Assembly: GCA_018303805.1 (NCBI GenBank)
Contig: JAGVXL010000001.1
Coordinates: 110,208-174,207, forward strand
Direction of reading: 5' to 3'
Source of the DNA: Candidatus Pacearchaeota archaeon
Lineage (GTDB): Archaea > Nanobdellota > Nanobdellia > Pacearchaeales > DTIR01
DNA: 64,000 bases
The notes under the pieces were generated by a model that searched no databases, was not told where the DNA came from, and was given only the letters and a program-made list of their open reading frames with translations. Made by a program: the position numbers and the translations under genes. Below are positions 58,493-64,000 of the stretch, one piece after another. Position 1 is the first letter of the stretch; each line of letters starts with the position of its first letter.

Positions 58493-58912
58493 TTAGATAA
58501 CTTTCAGTTTCTTAATGCCAAAATATTCTTTCAGTATGCCTTCAAGCTCGTTAAGCCTTGCCTTATTTCTGCCGATAATCATTGCCTTAGACTGTCTAGG
58601 CGCTATGATACATCCCTCTTCACCTTCTATGCTAAAACTTCTGATAGGAATTGGATAGACAAGGCGTGAAATAAAAATTTCTGCATCCTGTACAGAAGAT
58701 GGGGCGGCGATAATCCTTACCTTCCTCCTTAAAATTGATGACAACTTCCTCAGATTTTCTGCACCTTTTCCAATGGCTCTTGCAACTAAACCTGGATTCA
58801 CAACGAAGAATATAATATCATTGAAACGGAAACAGTGTTTTGTTCTTAAGCCAATCACCCTCTCAAAAAAATTCATATACTGTATAAACTGCATCTCCAG
58901 TGTTTTAACCAT
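58493..58912 (-). CDS. nusA: Archaeal NusA
   Basis: KH motifs AIGKGAEN and IIGRN; follows rpoA. Confidence 0.88.
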   Translation of the reverse strand: MVKTLEMQFIQYMNFFERVIGLRTKHCFRFNDIIFFVVNPGLVARAIGKGAENLRKLSSILRRKVRIIAAPSSVQDAEIFISRLVYPIPIRSFSIEGEEGCIIAPRQSKAMIIGRNKARLNELEGILKEYFGIKKLKVI

Positions 58913-58919
58913 TTTTGCC

Positions 58920-61900
58920 CTATTCTTTTTCAGTTCCCTTGCTGTCCTTGCTTAACTTGCCGGTTATCTTAACCAACAGGCCAGGCAGGCCAGTGCCTAC
59001 AGGAACAGGCTGATTCAAGATTACATTTTCTATGACACTTGCTAGCTCGTCTTTCTGGTTTTTTAAAGTTGCATTAACAAAATGCTTTATAGGGGTTTCA
59101 AACGAGGCTCTTGCGAGTATGGAGGATTTTTGGTTGATTATGCCAATCCTTGTTGTGCCTTTTATCTCTCCAGATGAAGTCATGGCATCAGCAACAAGCC
59201 GGACATGCCTCTCATCTATGTTCAATCCCTGGAATTCTATAACCTTTAAAGTTTCATTTATTATTGCCTGCTTTGCCGCCTCTATTCCCAGGACTTCTGC
59301 AGTCTCAAAAATATCGTTTGTTGTTGTCTTGTTTGCATTTACGCCCTTGAAATTTAGAATCTCTTTTAAGTTCGAGCCTGCAGTAAGGATGACATAACCC
59401 TCTTCCCTTTTAACAGGCAGAACTTGTTTGATTCCTTCAATTCCCGAAACGGCTATGTTCTTCATCTTTTCCTTTAATTTGTAAAGATCCTTGAAGTCCA
59501 GTTTCTCTGCCTTTACTACTATGCTGCCATTTTCAAGTTTTGCTTTTAAATCATTTTCACTTAATCTTTTGACAATAGTTTCTGCTGAAGAATGCGCCTG
59601 TTTTATCGCTTTCTTATCAAGAGATATCTCAATCTTCTTGCCTGTGAAATTTACTGTTAATGATTCAGCGATATCTTTAACTGAAATTTCTTTTATTTTC
59701 TCAGCAATAACCCTTGCAGATTCCTCGTTGTTTGATTCTGAATCAAGGTAGATTTCCATTGCAGGAGTTGAAGGTTTTTTTCTTGCATCAAAGATTTCAA
59801 TTAAGCGGGGCAGGCCCAATGTTACCTGCATTTCAGAAATGCCTGCAAAGTGGAAAACATTCAATGTCATCTGTGTTGATGGCTCCCCGAAAGATTGCGC
59901 TGTTATTATGCCTATTGCCTCTGCAGGGGCAATCTTCTTATCAGGCAGATGTAACCTGCTTGTGTCATTCCCATCATCTCCATATTCAAACTGGATTATA
60001 TTGCCAGAAGCGTCTCTTACAGTAAGGTCATATTCTATTTTTAAATCCTGCAATGCATTTGCCAATCTTCTGTATAGATAACCAGAACGGGGAGTCCTTA
60101 ATGCAGTATCCATAAGGGAGTCTCTGCCAGTCATCGCTCCGAAGAAGAACTCGTAAGGTTTTAATCCATCTAAAAATGAGGAATAAATAAAGCCGCGAGC
60201 TATTGGGGACAAATCATTATTCTTGAAAAATGATAGTGTTCTGTTACTGTAGCCTAAGTTTATTCTTTTACCCCATAATGCCTGCTGCCCAACAGAACAA
60301 GCCATCTGGGTGATATACACAACGTTCCCCCCAGCACCAGATAGAATCATAATATTCACGGGATTTGTTTTTGGTATTTCCCTTTTTACAACAGTGCCTA
60401 CTTTGCTTCTTACTTCATTCAGAACCTGCAATATTTTAATCTCTCTTGTTTCTTCAAGTGTCTTGCCAGGCACTGGCTCAAGGGTGTTGCTAAAGTAAGA
60501 ATCTATAATCCCCTTAACTTTCCGTTCAGCTTCATTTATTGTGTTCTTGGTTATCTCTTTTACAATATTAGGCACTTTTATGTCTTCAAGCGAGATTGTA
60601 AATCCTTTTCTTGATAGATATAAACTGCCCAAGCTGAAAATTTTCCTCAGCACATTTATTGTTTCATTTCTTCCAACTTTGATATCCAGTATTTTAAGCA
60701 AGATGCTGTCCTCGACACCAAAAGCGTGGTTATCTATAACTCCTGAAATAAACCTCCCATTTTCAATCTTTAAATAGGCATTATAGGGGCAATTCTCTTT
60801 CTTGCAGTTTCTGTAACAGTTTTCTTCAGAGGCCTTCAAGTCATAATACTTGCAGTCCTGCCCAAAACATGCCTTTGTCTTTATTGCAAAATCGATTTTT
60901 GGCAATAAAGAAGAGAAAATATCCTTTCCCTCATTTATATGTTTTATTTCATTGATATCTGCTCCGGCTTCCATTAATAGTTGGCATGCCTCCTCTCTCC
61001 CAAATTTTCTGTCAGTGAGCAAGTAATTGCCGGTTATTGCATCTGCAATGCAGCCGAGCACATTAGTGTTGTTTTTTGGGGATATTAATTGTTGGTTTAC
61101 CTCAAGCAGAACTTTTGCTTCTGTCCTAGCCTCTTCTGTTTGTGGCGAGTGAATATTCATTTCATCACCGTCAAAATCAGCGTTGTAGGGGAAGGTCACA
61201 GCAGGGTGCAGCCGGAAAGTTCTTCCAGGGAGTATCTTTGCAAAATGAGCCATCAAGCTCATTTTATGCAGGGAGGGATGCCTGTTAAAAAGCAGTATAT
61301 CCCCGTCTCTCAATTGCCTCTCGACTGTATAACCAATAGCAATCTCATCAGCCAAGTCTTCCTGCAAATCTGGAGTTATTCTTTTTCTCTTTCCATCAGG
61401 CCTTACAATATAATTTGCAGCAGGATAATCTTTGGAGAGTATAAATTTTTTCAGGAAGTCAATGTTAGAAGAATTAACAGTCTCGTTAACAGTTAGGATT
61501 TTTGCAATCTGCAGTGGCACGCCAACTTCATTCAGTTGGATAAAAGGGTCTGGAGAAATAACGCTTCTAGAAGAGAAATTAACTCTCTTGCCTGCGAGGT
61601 TATGCCTGATTCTGCCTTGCTTTCCTTTTATCCTTTCGCTTATTGTCTTTAATGGCTGCCCGCTTCTGTGTCTCGCAGGAGGTATCTGCGGAACAGAATT
61701 ATCAAAGAATGTTGTTGCGTGATACTGCAGCAAGTCCCATAAATCCTCAATTATGACTTCAGGAGCCCCCGCATTCAGGTTTTCCCACAATCTTTGGTTG
61801 GCTCTTACAATATCACTCAGCTTGTGTGTGAGGTCATCTTCGCTTCTCTCTCCGTTTTCCAATGTTATTGATGGCCTTGATGTTACAGGAGGCACTAACA

Positions 61901-62480
61901 GCAAGGTTAAAACAGCCCATTCTGGCTTGGCTGTTCTTGGATTGATGCCTAACAATTTTAAATCTTCCTCGTTAACTTTTGTAAGTCTTGCCCTTACTTC
62001 TGTAGGGAATATTCTTTTTTTTCCTACTAGGAAAGATGTTGGCTTCTCAAGCTTTACTTTTTCCTGCATGGCATTGCAGTAGGGGCATTTTTTTGCATCT
62101 TTTGACTTTTTAATTCTCATTGCAGCAGAATATTTTTCAATATCTCTTTGTGAGAGCAGAATTTTATTGCAGGTCTGGCATGTGCTTCTCAAAACCCTTT
62201 CAATTATGCTTACGTATTTTATGTGTATGATAGGCCTAGCCATCTCTATATAGCCAAAGTGCCCGAGGCATTCTTTTAGCCTGCCGCCGCAAGTTCTGCA
62301 TCTCACGCCAGGGTCGATTGCTCCGAGCTTCAAATCCATCAAGCCCCCATCTACAGGATAGCCATCCATGTCATAAAGCTCAGGAGTCACAATTTTTGCA
62401 ACTCCGATTTTCTTTATCTCCTCCGGGCTAAGCAAGCCGAAGCTTATGCTCTTAATCTGTTTTCTTATTATCTCTGACAT
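58920..62480 (-). CDS. rpoA1: RNA polymerase subunit A, A' and A'' fused
   Basis: YNADFDGDEMN; continues in frame into AQSFGEPSTQMT, TLGLPRLIEI, ARASFE. Confidence 0.96.
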   Translation of the reverse strand: MSEIIRKQIKSISFGLLSPEEIKKIGVAKIVTPELYDMDGYPVDGGLMDLKLGAIDPGVRCRTCGGRLKECLGHFGYIEMARPIIHIKYVSIIERVLRSTCQTCNKILLSQRDIEKYSAAMRIKKSKDAKKCPYCNAMQEKVKLEKPTSFLVGKKRIFPTEVRARLTKVNEEDLKLLGINPRTAKPEWAVLTLLLVPPVTSRPSITLENGERSEDDLTHKLSDIVRANQRLWENLNAGAPEVIIEDLWDLLQYHATTFFDNSVPQIPPARHRSGQPLKTISERIKGKQGRIRHNLAGKRVNFSSRSVISPDPFIQLNEVGVPLQIAKILTVNETVNSSNIDFLKKFILSKDYPAANYIVRPDGKRKRITPDLQEDLADEIAIGYTVERQLRDGDILLFNRHPSLHKMSLMAHFAKILPGRTFRLHPAVTFPYNADFDGDEMNIHSPQTEEARTEAKVLLEVNQQLISPKNNTNVLGCIADAITGNYLLTDRKFGREEACQLLMEAGADINEIKHINEGKDIFSSLLPKIDFAIKTKACFGQDCKYYDLKASEENCYRNCKKENCPYNAYLKIENGRFISGVIDNHAFGVEDSILLKILDIKVGRNETINVLRKIFSLGSLYLSRKGFTISLEDIKVPNIVKEITKNTINEAERKVKGIIDSYFSNTLEPVPGKTLEETREIKILQVLNEVRSKVGTVVKREIPKTNPVNIMILSGAGGNVVYITQMACSVGQQALWGKRINLGYSNRTLSFFKNNDLSPIARGFIYSSFLDGLKPYEFFFGAMTGRDSLMDTALRTPRSGYLYRRLANALQDLKIEYDLTVRDASGNIIQFEYGDDGNDTSRLHLPDKKIAPAEAIGIITAQSFGEPSTQMTLNVFHFAGISEMQVTLGLPRLIEIFDARKKPSTPAMEIYLDSESNNEESARVIAEKIKEISVKDIAESLTVNFTGKKIEISLDKKAIKQAHSSAETIVKRLSENDLKAKLENGSIVVKAEKLDFKDLYKLKEKMKNIAVSGIEGIKQVLPVKREEGYVILTAGSNLKEILNFKGVNANKTTTNDIFETAEVLGIEAAKQAIINETLKVIEFQGLNIDERHVRLVADAMTSSGEIKGTTRIGIINQKSSILARASFETPIKHFVNATLKNQKDELASVIENVILNQPVPVGTGLPGLLVKITGKLSKDSKGTEKE

Positions 62481-62483
62481 TTT

Positions 62484-62636
62484 TTACATGGAAATTGAAT
62501 TGTTAATTTCAAATGAATTATCTGATAATTTCTTTGCTGAAGTGTAATCAATCATAGCAAGGATGTTTCCTTTTATTGCAGCATCTAAATCTTCCTGCCT
62601 TCTTTCAAATAATTTTGCTTGTGTATATTGTTCCAT
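62484..62636 (-). CDS. 50-aa hypothetical protein between rpoB and rpoA
   Basis: MEQYTQAKLFERRQEDLDAAIKG...; fills the gap almost exactly. Confidence 0.4.
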   Translation of the reverse strand: MEQYTQAKLFERRQEDLDAAIKGNILAMIDYTSAKKLSDNSFEINNSISM

Positions 62637-62650
62637 TCTCAATTTTTTTC

Positions 62651-64000
62651 TCACTCATATTTGTTTTTCAGTTCAAATCTCGGCAGGATATGCAGAGAGA
62701 TAAGCTCATCAACAAGAAGCTTGAAGGCATATGAAATTTGCACTGGCTCTACAGGGGATGTTTGGCATAGAGGACAGTAAATCTTGCTGTGTATGTTGTC
62801 CTTGATTGCCATAACCCCGCATTTTGTGCAAACATGGACAGTAACCTTGTCTGAATCATACCTCTCTTTTAAAAGAAGGGATGCTCCATGTGCAACTAAT
62901 GCCTGCTGCTCCATTTCACCTAATCTTAATGCCCCCCCTTTGCTTCTGCCCTCTATTGGCTGTCTTGTCAGCAAGGTAACTTTTCCAAGTGCCCTTGCAT
63001 GCATCTTGTTTGAAACCATATATTTAAGCTTGAGGTAGTACATATCCCCCATATAAATTTTTACGTTGTACATCTCCCCTGTTATGCCATTGAACAGGGT
63101 TTCTTTTCCGTCATACCTAAATCCAGAGTCCTGCAACTCTTTTTCAAGCTCAGTTATGCTTGTGCCTGAGAACATTGTGCCATCAATACTCTTGCCGGTT
63201 AATGAGCCAACCTTGCCTGCCAACATTTCGAGCAAGTATCCAACAGTCATTCTGCTAGGCACACCGTGAGGGTTGAAAATTACATCCGGCCTCATGCCTC
63301 TTGAAGTAAAAGGCATATCCTCTTCTGGGACTATTGCCCCTATAACCCCCTTCTGCCCATGCGCAGTGGCGAACTTGTCCCCTAATTCAGGTATCTTTTC
63401 ATCTCTTGTCCTTGCCTGCACTATTCTATTGCCTTCAGGGTCAGCAGTTACAAAAACAGCGTCAATTGTTCCTCGCTCTTCCTGCCTTATAGCCATCGAG
63501 CTTTCTTTCCTTGCCTTTATTGCGATTTCTCCGGCTTCACTTAAAAATTTAGGCGGGGAGGTTTTGCCTATTACAACATCATTCTCCTGCATTTCTGCTT
63601 CTGGATAGGCGATGCCGTCATCCTCCAGAAATCTGTAGCTCGCTTCTGTCCTGTAGCCGCTTGTGTCCTTGCTAGGAACACAAATTGCGTCTGATAACCC
63701 CCCTGTGAAATGCATTTCAGTGGTTTTGTAAGGCCTGAAATACGTGCTTCTTCCCAATCCCCTTTCAATTGAACCCTTGTTTATCACAATTGCATCTTCT
63801 ATATTATAGCCCTCATATGTCAATATAGCAACAACGACATTTTGCCCAGCAGGATAAATGTTAAGGGTATCATAAACAAAGCTTCTGACAATCGGTTTTT
63901 GCGGATAGTGCAGCAAGCTTACATCGGTATCAACTCTGCATAAAAAATTTGCAGAATATAATCCAAGAGCCTGTTTTTGTGTTTTGCCCCCCCTGTTAAG
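62651..64000 (-). CDS. rpoB: RNA polymerase subunit B (C-terminal part; starts beyond the window)
   Basis: GYNIED, GDKFATAHGQKG, NPHGVPSRMT, RQPIEGR..GGALRLGEME, C-terminal zinc motif. Confidence 0.97.
   Translation of the reverse strand, partial: LNRGGKTQKQALGLYSANFLCRVDTDVSLLHYPQKPIVRSFVYDTLNIYPAGQNVVVAILTYEGYNIEDAIVINKGSIERGLGRSTYFRPYKTTEMHFTGGLSDAICVPSKDTSGYRTEASYRFLEDDGIAYPEAEMQENDVVIGKTSPPKFLSEAGEIAIKARKESSMAIRQEERGTIDAVFVTADPEGNRIVQARTRDEKIPELGDKFATAHGQKGVIGAIVPEEDMPFTSRGMRPDVIFNPHGVPSRMTVGYLLEMLAGKVGSLTGKSIDGTMFSGTSITELEKELQDSGFRYDGKETLFNGITGEMYNVKIYMGDMYYLKLKYMVSNKMHARALGKVTLLTRQPIEGRSKGGALRLGEMEQQALVAHGASLLLKERYDSDKVTVHVCTKCGVMAIKDNIHSKIYCPLCQTSPVEPVQISYAFKLLVDELISLHILPRFELKNKYE

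Overview
Archaeal chromosomal DNA, most likely from a DPANN (Pacearchaeota-like) organism. Support: fused RpoA'-A'', archaeal CCA-adding enzyme, FEN1, PolB and RNase HII with PIP boxes, BRE/TATA promoters and many class III signal-peptide pilins. The window holds core information-processing genes (rpoB, rpoA, nusA, polB, fen1, rnhB, smc, kae1, cca, trm5-like) and six tRNAs, four of them with 37/38 introns. It also holds the SRP RNA, an interrupted oapABC/arvABC operon, a pilin cluster, a ~16 kb surface-protein/MoxR-DUF58-VWA cluster, two TA pairs and a ~3.2 kb islet integrated at tRNA-Glu. Most unusual signals: (1) a ~230-nt unannotated ncRNA with its own promoter and RNase P-like pseudoknot topology but degenerate conserved motifs; (2) a structured element present both as the 149-nt tRNA-Glu intron and as an intergenic copy upstream of moxR, with a compensatory base-pair change; (3) a condensin-type SMC with a central CPLC zinc hook instead of a hinge; (4) a tandem winged-helix plus PLD-like operon in the tRNA islet; (5) a double metallophosphoesterase split by a coiled coil. 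All calls come from manual reading; no searches were run.
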